From an uncultured Actinomycetota bacterium (GTDB taxonomy: Bacteria; Actinomycetota; Acidimicrobiia; Spongiisociales; UBA4744), in the NCBI GenBank assembly GCA_963823915.1, contig CAWGNJ010000004.1, positions 6,915 through 70,914 of the forward strand: a DNA stretch of 64,000 bases, in the 5' to 3' direction. The first letter of the stretch is position 1. Every line of letters starts with the position of its first letter. The notes beneath the pieces were generated by a model. It made no database searches. It was not told the origin of the DNA and worked only from the letters and a program-made list of their open reading frames with translations. Of this stretch, positions 27,582 through 38,409 are shown piece by piece. Made by a program: the position numbers and the translations under genes.

Positions 27582-29160
27582 ATGGAGATAGCGTTTCTCG
27601 TCTCTGCCTTTGGGTTTGGCTTGCTCGCCAGGCTGGGTGGACTTCCGCCGCTGGTGGGGTATTTGGTGGCCGGCTTTGTGCTCCACGCGTTCGGGTACGC
27701 CGCAACCGAGGCAATCGACTTGATCTCCGAAGTGGGGATTCTGCTGCTCCTCTTCGGGATCGGCCTCAAGTTGCGTTTGGGCACTCTGGTCCGGCCGGCG
27801 GTTTGGGTTACCACCACGGTGGTCGCGGCCGCCGCTACCGTGCTCATCGGTGGACTGCTGCTCGGGGTCGGCGTGCTTGGTGTGCCTCTGTTGCGGGATC
27901 TCGATCCCGGTCAGGCCCTCATAGTCGGGTTCGCCTTCTCCTTCTCGAGCACCGTCTTTGCAGTGAAAGCTCTGGAGCGGACCAACGAGTCGGGGTCGCT
28001 GGCCGGTCGCCTGGCGGTAGGCGTGCTCATCCTGCAGGACATCTTCGCGGTAGCCTTCCTCGTCGCAGCCGGCGGGGGATGGCCTTCCCCTTATGCGGTG
28101 CTGCTGGTGCCGGGTTTCTTCCTTCTCCGCCCCCTCGTCGGTTGGCTGCTCGATCGAACCGACCACAGTGAGATGGTCGGTACTGCTCGGATTCACGCTG
28201 GCCCTTGGTGTCGGGGCCGGAGCATTCGGTCTGTTAGGGCTCAAAGCCGACCTCGGGGCGCTGGTGGCCGGGCTGATCCTGGCGCGGCATCCTCGGGCGG
28301 GCGAAATGGCGGACCGCTTGTTGGGTTTCAAAGACTTGTTCCTGATTGGATTCTTCCTATCCATTGGCTTGCAGGGAACTCCATCCCCGGCCGCCTGGAT
28401 CGTTGGGGTGGTGCTGGTCGCCCTGGTGCCGGTGAAGAGCGCCGCGTTCTTCTGGGCGTTCACCCGCTTCCGGCTACGGCCTCGCACTGCCCTGCATACT
28501 TCGCTGACTCTCTCTACCTACAGCGAATTCGGACTGATTGTCGGAACGGCCGCCCTCGCGTCGGGTCTGCTCGACCAAGATTGGGTCTCGACGCTCGCGA
28601 TAGCTGTGGCCACCTCATTCGTGCTGGCCTCGGCCGCCAACTCAGTCCGCTACCGGTTGTATGACCGATGGTCGTCTTCGCTCGGCTCGTTCGTGCGGCA
28701 TCCACCGGCACCGGAGGACGCGGTGATCGATTGCGGCGATGCTCGGGTGCTCATCTTCGGTATGGGGCGGGTCGGCGCCGGCGCGTACGACGAGATGGTG
28801 GTCCGGCGGGGTTCCTTGGTGGTGGGAGTGGATCGGCGTCAAGAGACGGTGGACCGTCACCGCGCCGAAGGGCGGATTTCTGTCCGGGGTGACGCCCTCG
28901 ACCGGGACTTCTGGGAGAGGGTTCGGTTCCGCCCCGACGTCGACCTGGTCATTGCTGCGATGAGTAACCATGCCGCCAATCTCGAATGTGTCAAGCGGGT
29001 TCGCGAGTTCTTGCCGGCGGCCCGCATCGCGGCTGCAGCCACTTTCCCGGACCAGGTTGCGGAGCTCCAGGAGGCTGGAGTCGACGTGGCCCGGAATCTC
29101 TACGAGGAGGCCGGTCAGGCGCTGGCCGACGACGCGGTCAGTGTCGTCTTCGGCGACTAG
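27582..29160 (+). CDS. CPA2-family cation:proton antiporter with C-terminal TrkA-N (RCK) domain (Kef-type); one frameshift near 28175
   Basis: MEIAFLVSAFGFGLLARLGGLPPLVGYLVAGFVL...GILLLLFGIGLKL continues after the shift as VLLGFTLALGVGAGAFGLLGLKADLGALVAGL... and then VLIFGMGRVGAGAYDEMV (a Rossmann GxGxxG motif). Confidence 0.8.
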
Positions 29161-29361
29161 CCGCATCGGTTGTTGGGTCGGCATGCAGCCCCGGGACATG
29201 CGGCTCCGGTTGGCTGCCGATACCGATCTGGGTCGCCGGTATTCGCCCCGTCCGGCGTCGAGCCCTCCTTCGGCCAACATCGCGGACTCAATCCAGAATC
29301 GCTGTCGGTTCCGAACAAGGTGTGATGGTTTGTTATTCGGACTCTTTCGCTGCTTGGCGCA

Positions 29362-29625
29362 GTGACCATGACGGTCACCATTGTTCTCGGTTTCCTATCA
29401 GGTGGCTTCATGGATGAGGGCTCAGCAATCTGGGCCCTTTCCTGGGGCAAAGTGACGTTGATCGACCTCTACGTCGGCCTTGTCTTCTTTGGCCTCTGGG
29501 TATCCGTAAGAGAACGTCGGCTATCAGTGGTGGTCATATGGTGGTTGGGTTTGGTCGTCTTCGGAAACCTCGCTGCCGCCCTGTACATTGTTTTCGCTTC
29601 GTTCACCGTCTTCAAGCGTTCGTGA
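29362..29625 (+). CDS. Small 3-TM membrane protein (DUF1475-like)
   Basis: 87 aa: WGKVTLIDLYVGLVFFGLWVSVRE...VFGNLAAALYIVF. The family assignment is from memory and has low certainty. Confidence 0.4.
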   Translation: MTMTVTIVLGFLSGGFMDEGSAIWALSWGKVTLIDLYVGLVFFGLWVSVRERRLSVVVIWWLGLVVFGNLAAALYIVFASFTVFKRS

Positions 29626-29725
29626 GCTGCTGACTGGAGAGCGGGTCCATCCCAATTCCGCGATCATCCCCGAGGCCGAGGTCGGCTCTTGAACGCCCTC
29701 GCGGCGGTTGCGGCCGTCATACATC

Positions 29726-30398
29726 ATGTCCACAGCTGAGATCCGCGCCGAACTGAGAGATCTGGTGTCGGCCGGATAGCAATCGCCGACGGGGTGGTGC
29801 CCCCACTGTTGTTCGTCGTGGCCAACGCCCTGTGGGGGGTGACGATCGCAACATTGGTAGGGATCGGTTCTGCGGTGATGATCACAGTCTGGCGTCTTGT
29901 CCGAGGACGACCGGATCCGGTTTGCCGTGGCCGGGCTGCTCGGGATCGCCCTCGCGGCAACCTTGGCCCTCAGGTCGGATTCGGCCGGCGACTTCTTCCT
30001 TCCCGGGATTATCAGCAGTTCGGCCACCGCCGTTGTGATCGTTTTGTCGATTGCGAGCGCGCAGGCCCTTCGTGGCCTGGACCAGTCGGCTGACACGGGG
30101 TTGGCCGCTCGGGTGGTATTGGCATCCGAACGTCAGACCTGCATACTCCCGGACCAGTTGGATTTGGGCGGGGTTCTTCGCATTTCGAGCGCTGGTCCAG
30201 TGGCGCTTCTACCTCGGTGGGGACACGGCGGCTCTCGGTTTGGCAAGGGTCGTTCTGGGATGGCCGGCGCTGCTGGTCCTTCTGGTTTTCACCTATGTGT
30301 TAGGTCGTCGCTGGCTGGTGGAGCTTCGGGGACCCTCGGTAGAGGAGTACCAGACCGGCTCGAAGCAACCTTGGGAAGGTCAGACCAGGGGGTTCTGA
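29726..30398 (+). pseudogene. DUF3159-like actinobacterial membrane protein; about three frame disruptions
   Basis: The pieces are MSTAEIRAELRDLVSAG*, VPPLLFVVANALWGVTIATLVGIGSAVMITVWRLVRGRP, FAVAGLLGIALAATLALRSDSAGDFFLPGII and WHPNVRPAYSRTSWIWAGFFAFRALVQWRFYLGGDTAALGLARVVLGWP. Confidence 0.55.
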
Positions 30399-30557
30399 AG
30401 CGAACGGCCCGGACAACGCTGGTTTGAGAGCGTGCCGAAACACTGACTCTGTCGAGACGGAGTTCGCGACGTTCCCATCGGCCGGACACGGGCTGCATAA
30501 GGCTGTGGTCTTCACCGGCCAGGTAAACGATTCTATGCCCTGTGCGGTGTGTAGGGC

Positions 30558-31097
30558 ATGAAGGTGATTGGAGTCTTGGTGAACGAACCGGATGCGGGCG
30601 ATAGGGCGCTGCCTTTTCGAGAAGCCTTCCCTGTGTTCTACCGCCGGGAATACCCGAAGATGGTGGCGATCGCTGCCGCGGTTTCCCGTCGTCGGCCAAT
30701 CGCGGAGGATCTCGCCCAGGAGGCGATGCTGAGAGCCCATAGGCGTTGGGATCGAATCTCCACCTATGATCGTCCAGGCGCATGGGTAAGGCGCGTCACG
30801 ATCAACCTGTCGCTGAGCGCCACGAAGCGCGCTTCCGCCGAGGCGCGCGAGACTGGTCCGCCTCGCCGAGCTCCCGACGCTTCCAGAGCCCGATGTTGCC
30901 GACGATCTGGTTTGGAGGGCCGTGGCAAAGCTCCCCGGAAAGCAGCGTGCTGCGATAGCACTCCACTACCTGGAGGATCGGCCCATCAACGAGATTGCTG
31001 AGATCCTCGATATCTCTCATGCCACGGCCCGAGTCCACCTGCACCGCGGCCGCCAGGCACTAGCCAAGACCCTTGGCCCCAAGGAGGCGTCCGCATG
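30558..31097 (+). CDS. ECF-type sigma factor; one frameshift near 30845
   Basis: Region 2 is FYRREYPKMVAIAAAVSRRRPIAEDLAQEAMLRAHRRW. Region 4 appears only after a frame change (LPGKQRAAIALHYLEDRPINEIAEILDISHATARVHLHRGRQAL). The stop overlaps ATG 31095. Confidence 0.75.
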
Positions 31098-32162
31098 AGC
31101 GAGCACGACATACATACCGCGTTCGACCATCTGAAGAGGGATGCCACGACGAGCGTCAAGACCGAAGAACGCCTCAAACAGATAGTCGAGCGACCCCGCC
31201 GCCGGTGGCAATCAACGGTCGCCGTCCTGACCGGAGCCGCCGTCGTGGCACTTGTCGTCGGTGTCGGCATCCTGGCTGTGCCGTCGGGTAACGACTCGGA
31301 CCCGGTCCAGCCGGCAAGGGGCGGGTCGACGACCAGCTCGGTCGACAGCACCACTCTCCCAACAACGACGCTACCGAGTCAGACGGGCCTGCCCGATCTC
31401 GGCGTCGGCACGGTTGTGATCGCCAATCCCGGCGCTGCAACGACGGCCGCTGACGGCATTGTGGTGATCGGCGCTGAAACAGCGGTCGGTGACGGGACCG
31501 GTGGCCTGGTCGTGCTGCGCAACGAAACGATCTTGCGTCTCGCCGCCGATGGCACGGAGACCGAACTCCTAGGCGCGGCGAGTCTGATCGACGAGTTCGG
31601 ACTGGTGTCGCTGTGGCTACATGACGTGACTCCTTTGGACGGCACAATGCGTGCTGTGGTCACCGTCCTGTACGGCCAGGAGTACCCGGATGTCTACGAG
31701 GAGATTTGGTTTCTCGATCTCGATAGCGGGTCAATCGAGTCCGTGTACCAGATAGTGGCGGTCGAGAGCCACATAACAAGGGTCTCTGCTGCGAACGGCA
31801 GGATGGTTGTGAGTATCTCGTTTGAGGGCGGCACCTATTTCGAGTATCTCGACACCACAGGTCAGCGAATCGAGGTGATCGGTCCCTACGCCGACTCTCC
31901 CATTGGTTCCCCGGAGTTCCCTGAACTCATCGACCAAGCTGTCCTGTCGCCCGATGGCTCCACGTTCGCATACGTCGAGGTTGGAGACATCCAGACCTTC
32001 CAGGAGGGCTACCTGTACGCCAATCTGGTGATCTGGGACCTCCTCAGCGGCACTGAAGTCTGGAGGCTCGAGATCGAACTTCGCAACGGCATCTGGCCCG
32101 GCCGCATGGACTACGACGGCGTGGTGGTGGTTCTCGGCCGCTACGCGCCCCGGGCGCGATGA
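31095..32162 (+). CDS. Single-TM protein downstream of the sigma factor (probable anti-sigma/sensor) with a beta-rich extracytoplasmic domain
   Basis: ATGA coupling to the sigma gene. The TM helix is VAVLTGAAVVALVVGVGILAV, followed by an ST-rich linker and then a TolB/beta-propeller-like segment (..AVLSPDGSTFAYVE..). Confidence 0.5.
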   Translation: MSEHDIHTAFDHLKRDATTSVKTEERLKQIVERPRRRWQSTVAVLTGAAVVALVVGVGILAVPSGNDSDPVQPARGGSTTSSVDSTTLPTTTLPSQTGLPDLGVGTVVIANPGAATTAADGIVVIGAETAVGDGTGGLVVLRNETILRLAADGTETELLGAASLIDEFGLVSLWLHDVTPLDGTMRAVVTVLYGQEYPDVYEEIWFLDLDSGSIESVYQIVAVESHITRVSAANGRMVVSISFEGGTYFEYLDTTGQRIEVIGPYADSPIGSPEFPELIDQAVLSPDGSTFAYVEVGDIQTFQEGYLYANLVIWDLLSGTEVWRLEIELRNGIWPGRMDYDGVVVVLGRYAPRAR

Positions 32163-32333
32163 GTCCCTGGCCCCGCTGCGAGTGGCTTCACTGCAAACCG
32201 GAACAATCACCGAACTCAGCACCCCCGGGCCACCCAGCCTGATCAAGTGAATCAGCTGAGGAGCTGCTCAGTGAGCTCAGGGGCGACGCAGCTCGTATCC
32301 AATCGGCACCCGGGTACCGATACGCTTCTTCGC

Positions 32334-32876
32334 ATGCGCCGGTTCGGCCGGAGCCTTGTTCTGATTGCAGCACTCCTGTTGTCTGGTGCATGCGCCGTTC
32401 CCTCTTCCGATCTGCAACAGGGCCCTTATCCCGAATCCACACCAGACGAAATCACAACGAGATTGAAGCAGGGGTTCGAGCTGATGGAACGGCATGGGGT
32501 GTTGGTCTTGGTAGACAGAGAGGATTGCCGCCTGATCGAGTACCGCAACGGGACGTTCTCACCGCACAGCGCCAAATGGTGCTTCGACTACGCCCGAGCC
32601 GCCGAGCCGGAGCCGTTCATTGAGAGGGCGACGGATGATTTCAACCAACTGGTGTCGTCGCTCGACGTTGGGAGAGCCAGATTCAGCGAAGTCATCGAGG
32701 TCGGGTACTCCTCGGATGGGAAGCTGACCCGAGCGACCTTCAAGTTCGTTTACAACTTTGGGACGGAGCTCTTGGTGTTCGATCCCGGGTACCGGCTTCC
32801 GGCTGACGAGGCGGGCGAGCGGTGGCATCAGGTCGTCAACGCCGATTGGTACTTGGAAAAGGTCGATTGGAACTAG
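32334..32876 (+). CDS. Hypothetical lipoprotein
   Basis: MRRFGRSLVLIAALLLSGACAVPSS (lipobox). The ORF is open from 32247, but the signal peptide begins at ATG 32334. Confidence 0.55.
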   Translation: MRRFGRSLVLIAALLLSGACAVPSSDLQQGPYPESTPDEITTRLKQGFELMERHGVLVLVDREDCRLIEYRNGTFSPHSAKWCFDYARAAEPEPFIERATDDFNQLVSSLDVGRARFSEVIEVGYSSDGKLTRATFKFVYNFGTELLVFDPGYRLPADEAGERWHQVVNADWYLEKVDWN

Positions 32877-33682
32877 GTACGTGGTGGCCGGGGGATCAAT
32901 ACCGGCGTGCGGTTGGTGTACTGCTGGTACTCCTCTTCGTCACCCCAGCGCTTCTCGGCCCGGGCCTCGAGCATCGGGATGCCGCTCACCCGGGTGAGCA
33001 ACAGCACGACGAACACCGGCGAGATCAGGGTGATCCACCGCCAGCCCGACAGCACCGGCAGCGCCATGATGGCGATACCGGTCCAGAGCACGATCTCACC
33101 GAAGTAGTTCGGGTGTCGCGACCACGCCCAGAGGCCTGAAGTGATGAACCGGCCGTCGTTCGCCGGGTCCTTTCTGAAGACCGATTTCTGCCGATCGGCC
33201 ACGGACTCGATCGCGAATCCGACAACCCAAACGACGATGCCGACGATCGCCACCCATCCGATCGGCTCTCGTTCGGCGCCGGTGATGATCGCCAGCGCGG
33301 CGGCCAAGGTGAGCAGCACCCACAGCCCCTGCAATGTCCAGGTCATGAAGAACCGCAGCGGATCCGTCTTGATGCGGTCGAAGCGTCCGTCCCGTCCGTC
33401 GCGCCGTACCCGGCGGAACAGGAAGGAGCCGAGCCGGAGAGCCCACACCCCCACCATCGCCGCCACGATCACGGCCCGGGCGTCGAGATCGTCGCTGAGC
33501 ACCAGAGCGACAGCCGTGACCGTGAGATAGGTGGCGCTGCCGGTGAGGTCGAAGTAGTGCTCGGTCTTGGCCCGGTTGGAGGGCACGAACACCACCCAGT
33601 TGATGGCGTAGGCGAGCAGACCGCACACCGCGAACACCGCGATGGAGCCCACCTTCGAGCTGCCGTCGCTTCCGGCGAGCAC
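32873..33682 (-). CDS. DUF1295 / steroid 5-alpha-reductase-like membrane protein
   Basis: 269 aa, polytopic. Contains TSGLWAWSRHPNYFGEIVLWTGIAIMALP, the family hallmark. Confidence 0.75.
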   Translation of the reverse strand: MLAGSDGSSKVGSIAVFAVCGLLAYAINWVVFVPSNRAKTEHYFDLTGSATYLTVTAVALVLSDDLDARAVIVAAMVGVWALRLGSFLFRRVRRDGRDGRFDRIKTDPLRFFMTWTLQGLWVLLTLAAALAIITGAEREPIGWVAIVGIVVWVVGFAIESVADRQKSVFRKDPANDGRFITSGLWAWSRHPNYFGEIVLWTGIAIMALPVLSGWRWITLISPVFVVLLLTRVSGIPMLEARAEKRWGDEEEYQQYTNRTPVLIPRPPRT

Positions 33683-33745
33683 GACGAGCGCACCGATCAG
33701 CAGGGCGGCGACGATGCCGATGAAGCGAGTTCCGGTTTTGGTCAG

Positions 33746-35242
33746 TCATGGCGGTAATCCTAGACCTGCAGTCAGCGGAGCCTGAGGGCTCTGGCCGGTC
33801 GCAGCCCGGCTCTCGGCAGCGTCGACGATGCCGCGGGCCATCTGCGCGAAGATGACTCGATGGAATGGGGTGAGGGCGAGCCAGTACAGGCGACCAAACA
33901 GCCCGCGGGGATAAAAAGATGCTTTCTGACGGAGGCGCCTACCCGTTGGGACCGTTTCGACTTCGAACTCCAGCCAGGCATCACCCGGAAGCTTCATTTC
34001 GGCGTGGAGTTGAAGGAAACGACCGGGGTCGATGGACGAAACCCGCCAGAAATCGACTGCTTCGCCGATTCGCAGGTCTTCGGGGTGTCTTCTGCCTCTA
34101 CGGAGTCCGACTCCGCCGATCAGACTGTCCACGATTCCGCGCAGCTTCCAGGCCCAGTTCCACGAGTAATAGCCAACGTTGCCCCCGATCCCGGTGAATG
34201 CCCAGAAGACATCGGAGGACGGTGCAGATGTGTCAACGGTGCGTTCGTCGTGGTTTTCCGCGGCACCAGCCCACTCCGGGTCGGTGGGAAGCGGTTCCGC
34301 GGGGGAGGCGGTGGCATCCGACCAGCGGGTAGCTATCTGAGAGCCTTCAGAGGTGCGCAGGGCCATAGAAACGGAATCCCGATACCCGGTCAGGCTCCCG
34401 GCAAGAGTTTCGGCGATCGTGTTATCGGCAACGGTCACCTCGTTCTTCAGGCTCGCAACGAGTGGTTTGGCCACACCCGCCGGAAGGGGAGTCACGAGGC
34501 CGATCCAATGCTTGGAGAGCCCCGGACTGAGAACCGGCACCGGGATTATCACCCGGCGGGGCAGACCGGCGACCTCCGCATAGACTCTCATCATGTCTTC
34601 GTAGGTGAGTTGGTCCGGGCCACCGATTTCCCATATGTGGGATTCGCCTTCTGGGTCCTCGATGGCCGCTATGAGGATCTTGAGTACATCTGTGATGGCT
34701 ATCGGTTGGCATCGGGTTCGAACCCAGGTCGGGGTGACCATGACGGGCAGGACCTCGGTGAGGTGTCTCATCATCTCGAATGAGACGGACCCGGAGCCAA
34801 TGATGACGGCAGCCCGCAGCTCGGTGACCGCGACGGGGCCGGAGGCGAGGGTGCGGCCGACCTCATGTCTGCTGCTCAGGTGCTTGGACAGCTCGTCGCC
34901 GGCGCCCAGCCCGCCGAGGTACACGATCCGGTCGAGCTCGGCGTCGGCGGCGGCGTCCGCAAAATTCTGAGCCGCCTGGCGGTCGCGTACGTCGAAGTCG
35001 GCTGCGTCTCCACCCATCGAGTGAATGAGGTAGAAGGCCGCATTGCATCCTTCCATCGCCCGGTCGAGACTCGGGCGATCGAAGGCATCGGCGCGAACGA
35101 CTTCGATGTCGTCGAACCACGGTTGTCCGGACAGTTTGGCCGGGTTTCGGCTCATGCAACGAACCGAGTGGCCTTCGGCTAGCAGGGCCGGGACCAGCCT
35201 TCCGCCGATATAGCCGGATGCCCCGGTAACGAGAACCTTCAT
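33746..35242 (-). CDS. NAD(P)H-binding SDR-family protein fused to a DUF2867-like C-domain
   Basis: MKVLVTGASGYIGGRLVPALLAEGHSVRCMSRNP... The ORF is open to 35350, but the Rossmann motif starts at ATG 35242. Confidence 0.75.
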   Translation of the reverse strand: MKVLVTGASGYIGGRLVPALLAEGHSVRCMSRNPAKLSGQPWFDDIEVVRADAFDRPSLDRAMEGCNAAFYLIHSMGGDAADFDVRDRQAAQNFADAAADAELDRIVYLGGLGAGDELSKHLSSRHEVGRTLASGPVAVTELRAAVIIGSGSVSFEMMRHLTEVLPVMVTPTWVRTRCQPIAITDVLKILIAAIEDPEGESHIWEIGGPDQLTYEDMMRVYAEVAGLPRRVIIPVPVLSPGLSKHWIGLVTPLPAGVAKPLVASLKNEVTVADNTIAETLAGSLTGYRDSVSMALRTSEGSQIATRWSDATASPAEPLPTDPEWAGAAENHDERTVDTSAPSSDVFWAFTGIGGNVGYYSWNWAWKLRGIVDSLIGGVGLRRGRRHPEDLRIGEAVDFWRVSSIDPGRFLQLHAEMKLPGDAWLEFEVETVPTGRRLRQKASFYPRGLFGRLYWLALTPFHRVIFAQMARGIVDAAESRAATGQSPQAPLTAGLGLPP

Positions 35243-35282
35243 GAACGTCCCTTCCGTAGGCTCGTGATAGACATAGTGACCG

Positions 35283-35765
35283 TCACCATCCCCTGGTGCC
35301 TTCGCCGCCCTTGAAAGGGCCCACGATATTGGCGGTGATCCAGCCGCCATAGAACCGGCCTGGCTGCGGCATCACGAGTTCGGTCCCGAGGAAGCAGCTC
35401 TCCATGAGGCCCGGGTAGAAAGAGACGAAACCTGCGAGCCCTTCGTAGCCGGCCAGCGGTTGCGGGTAGCTCCAGGCGGCGGCCGGCGCCGTCATTTCGC
35501 CAACCCGGACATTCCAATACTCGGCTCTGCCCTTCCACTCGCAAGTGGTGCTTCGAGGGTTCCGCTCCAGCACCTCAGGAGCGACGGCTTCGTACGGTAC
35601 GTAGATGTTGGGCGGGTGGCTGGTTTCAAGAACTCGTAGGGCCTGTGAACTGTCAACGATGGTCTCTCCGTTGAAGATAATCCTCACCGGGCGGGGTTCA
35701 ACCTCGACGCGTGGGGGTCTCGGATAATCCCAGACTGACTCCTGGCCGGACGTATTGAGTTTCAT
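35283..35765 (-). CDS. DUF427 domain protein
   Basis: ESVWDYPRPPRVE..RIIFNGETIVDSSQALRVLETSHPPNIYVP...CEWKGRAEYW is a typical DUF427 pattern. Confidence 0.7.
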   Translation of the reverse strand: MKLNTSGQESVWDYPRPPRVEVEPRPVRIIFNGETIVDSSQALRVLETSHPPNIYVPYEAVAPEVLERNPRSTTCEWKGRAEYWNVRVGEMTAPAAAWSYPQPLAGYEGLAGFVSFYPGLMESCFLGTELVMPQPGRFYGGWITANIVGPFKGGEGTRGW

Positions 35766-35869
35766 GCAGGCGGATCTCCTGGGAGTTGAGCGCTTGACAG
35801 CAGCGCCAGCGCTGGGGTCACTTCTTCTTCGAGGCCGGCACCCTACACAGATGTAGCAATCTTCCTAGA

Positions 35870-36472
35870 TTGAGTCAGATGGATGACAGACTCCGCTTCC
35901 AGCGGGAACAACTTGGCCGCATGCGGGGAATGACCCGCTACTACCACGAGCGCTTTTTCTCAGATGTGCGCCTGGCCGTGATCACTGTGCTGGCGCTGCT
36001 CGTCCTGGGGTGGTGGGAGGTGGAGGAAGCGTTCTTGCTGGTTCCGGTCGTGGCGCTCTGGGGAGCCACCATGACTGCGTTTGACGCTTCCTATCTGCTA
36101 TTCGCCCGCCATTACTCGGCTCGTCTGGAATCCGACATCAACAACGCCGTCGGAGAAGGGACGCTCCTCGCTGCCCGCGTCGAGGACACCTACTTGTTTC
36201 CACTCGGCCAGCGCAAAGTCGTTGTCCTGGCGTTCGGCCCGGGCTTCACCTGGTTCGGGTTCATGACCCTCTTCATAACCGCCATCGGATTGGCCGCTTT
36301 CGTGCTTGGCCTGACGCTGAGTCTGCCCGTGCTGAGCGATCACGGTTCGTGGTGGACTGTCTCCTATCTCGCCTTTCTCGGCATCGCAACGCTCGGAGCA
36401 CTGGGAGTCGGCCTTTGGTGGTTCGTGGGTGGCGAGGGCGAGCGACGCCTCACCTCGGTGCTCGACACGTAA
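35870..36472 (+). CDS. Hypothetical 4-5 TM membrane protein
   Basis: Intact 200-aa ORF with hydrophobic segments and coding-like composition. No family recognised. Confidence 0.4.
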   Translation: MSQMDDRLRFQREQLGRMRGMTRYYHERFFSDVRLAVITVLALLVLGWWEVEEAFLLVPVVALWGATMTAFDASYLLFARHYSARLESDINNAVGEGTLLAARVEDTYLFPLGQRKVVVLAFGPGFTWFGFMTLFITAIGLAAFVLGLTLSLPVLSDHGSWWTVSYLAFLGIATLGALGVGLWWFVGGEGERRLTSVLDT

Positions 36473-36548
36473 GACGGGACCCTCGGCTCTGCGCCGAATG
36501 CGGTCGAGTCGCGCACGAAAACGGCGCCGCCGCGGTCGACCAACGCCA

Positions 36549-37735
36549 TCAACCGGTTCTTACGGCCTCGGCCGGCTCGATCCGCGCCGCCGCGCATCGC
36601 CGGATACAGGCCGGCAATTCCTCCGACGGCGAGCGCGGCACCGATGCTCCCGAGGAGACCGGTGATGGGGACGGCCAGCGTGAGACCACGGTTTACGGCA
36701 AACGCAACGGTAATCCCGGCGCCGAGCAAGACCCCCACGAGTCCGCCGGCGGCCGCCAGGATGGTGGACTCGAAGAGGAACTGGGCGCGAATGTGGGCTC
36801 GGGTGGCGCCCAGCGCTCGGCGTACTCCGATTTCCATTCGTCGTTCGAGCACCGACATCACCATGATGTTGGCGATCGCGACTCCCCCCACCAGCAGTGC
36901 CACTGCGCCGAGCCCGACCAAAAGCCCGGTGAGGGCCTCTTCAGCCGCTTGCCGGGCGGCCAGTGCATCCGAAGGTCGGGTGATCTCCACCTGGTCAGGG
37001 CTCTCGGGACTGATGGTGGCAGGAAGCACGTCGACCACATCGTCGATCGAATCCGGGTTGACCCGCAGATAGATCGAGGTAGGTGCCGCCGGAGTGTCGA
37101 ACAGCTGCTCGGCGATCGTTGCCCCAATGAAAGCCCCGCGCTCGAGGTCGGGGTGGAGGGGGAGTTCGTCGGCGATTCCGATGACGGTGAACCAGTTCTC
37201 ACCCAGATACACCCTGCGGTCGCGGCTCGAGGCTGCGGATTCCGAGCCGTTCGGCGGCCACGTTGCCCAAGACGATCACCGGAAGCCGGTCGGCGGCGTC
37301 ATCGAGGAACCGTCCCGTGCGGATCTCGCCGCCGACGACCTCCAGCAAGCTGTGCTGGGCGGCGAACACGCCGATGCCGCTGGTCTGCAGGGCGGGCACC
37401 AGATCAGAGCGCCGCACTGCCGTATCCACGAGCGTGGTCGCTGAATAGCGCCTGACCGGTCCGACCCGACCCGCCATCTCGGCGGCCCCGTCGGGGAAAC
37501 CATCCGACTGGCCGAGCACTCCCGGCCCTTCCGTCACTCGCAGGAGGTTCGTCCCCAGGCTGTCCAGGGCAGCCAGCAGGTCGCTGCGTCCCGAGGCAGA
37601 GATGCCCAGCACGGCGACGATAGCCGCAATGCCAATGGCGATCCCGGCCGCGGTCAGCACCGACCGTCCGCGCCGTTTGAGAATTCCCTGGTAGCCGAGG
37701 CCGATGATGTCGCCCAGGCGAAGCTTGCTCTTCAT
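36549..37735 (-). CDS. ABC transporter permease, FtsX/MacB type; two frameshifts (near 37205 and 36595)
   Basis: [44 protein letters not shown].. joins ..ENWFTVIGIADE...GVAIANIMVMSVLERRMEIGVRRALGATRAHI...GLYPAMR. The expected tail AARIEPAEAVRTG* is recovered by removing one G near 36590. ATGA overlap with the ATPase gene. Confidence 0.75.
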
Positions 37736-38409
37736 CCGGAACGCTCCCCGGCGATGCACCCGTCGAGGAGGGAGACCTCCCGTCCGAACCGATTGGCGAC
37801 TTCCCGGTCGTGAGTGATCACGACCACGGTGGTGCCGGCCTCGTTCAGACTGAGCAGCACATCGATGATTGCGGCGCCCGTTTTGGAGTCGAGATTGCCG
37901 GTGGGTTCGTCGGCGAATACCACGGCCGGGTTGCCGAGAATGGCCCGGGCAATAGCGACACGCTGGCGTTCACCACCCGAGAGCTGGGTCGGCAAATGAT
38001 CAATCCGGCCGGCCAGGCCGACCCTCTCCAGTGCGTCGGCGGCTCGTATCCGCCGATCCCGTCCGGCCACACCACGATACAAGAGCCCCTGGGCGACATT
38101 GTCGAGGGCGGTGGTACCAGACAGCAGGAAGAAGTCTTGAAACACGAAGCCGATGAGGTTGGCCCGTAGTCCCGAGAGCTGTTTATCGGACATACGACCA
38201 ACGTCGTTGCCGTCCAATCGCACCGATCCCTCGGTCGGGCGATCGAGCGCTCCCATGATGTGCAGCAGCGTCGATTTCCCGGAGCCAGAAGGGCCGATTA
38301 CGGCGAGGGAGTCGCCGGTCTCAGCCGACAGGTCGACGCCGGCGAGGGCGTCGACCCGCGGTGGGCCGGGGTAGGACTTGGAGACCCCTTCGAGCTCGAT
38401 GAGACTCAT
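37732..38409 (-). CDS. ABC transporter ATP-binding protein (MacB/LolD-like)
   Basis: Walker [10 protein letters not shown], signature [14 protein letters not shown], Walker [13 protein letters not shown]. Confidence 0.9.
   Translation of the reverse strand: MSLIELEGVSKSYPGPPRVDALAGVDLSAETGDSLAVIGPSGSGKSTLLHIMGALDRPTEGSVRLDGNDVGRMSDKQLSGLRANLIGFVFQDFFLLSGTTALDNVAQGLLYRGVAGRDRRIRAADALERVGLAGRIDHLPTQLSGGERQRVAIARAILGNPAVVFADEPTGNLDSKTGAAIIDVLLSLNEAGTTVVVITHDREVANRFGREVSLLDGCIAGERSG

Noticed and set aside
26448-28487. 679-aa minus-strand ORF in the track
   Set aside because: Only its 3' third (the CrtI-like part) looks like protein. The rest is Arg/Pro/Gly-rich antisense read-through of the Kef-type antiporter gene, a typical high-GC artefact.
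32873-32876. Convergent genes sharing the palindromic CTAG as both stop codons
   Set aside because: The observation is real but trivial. It follows from tight convergent packing and implies no regulatory role.
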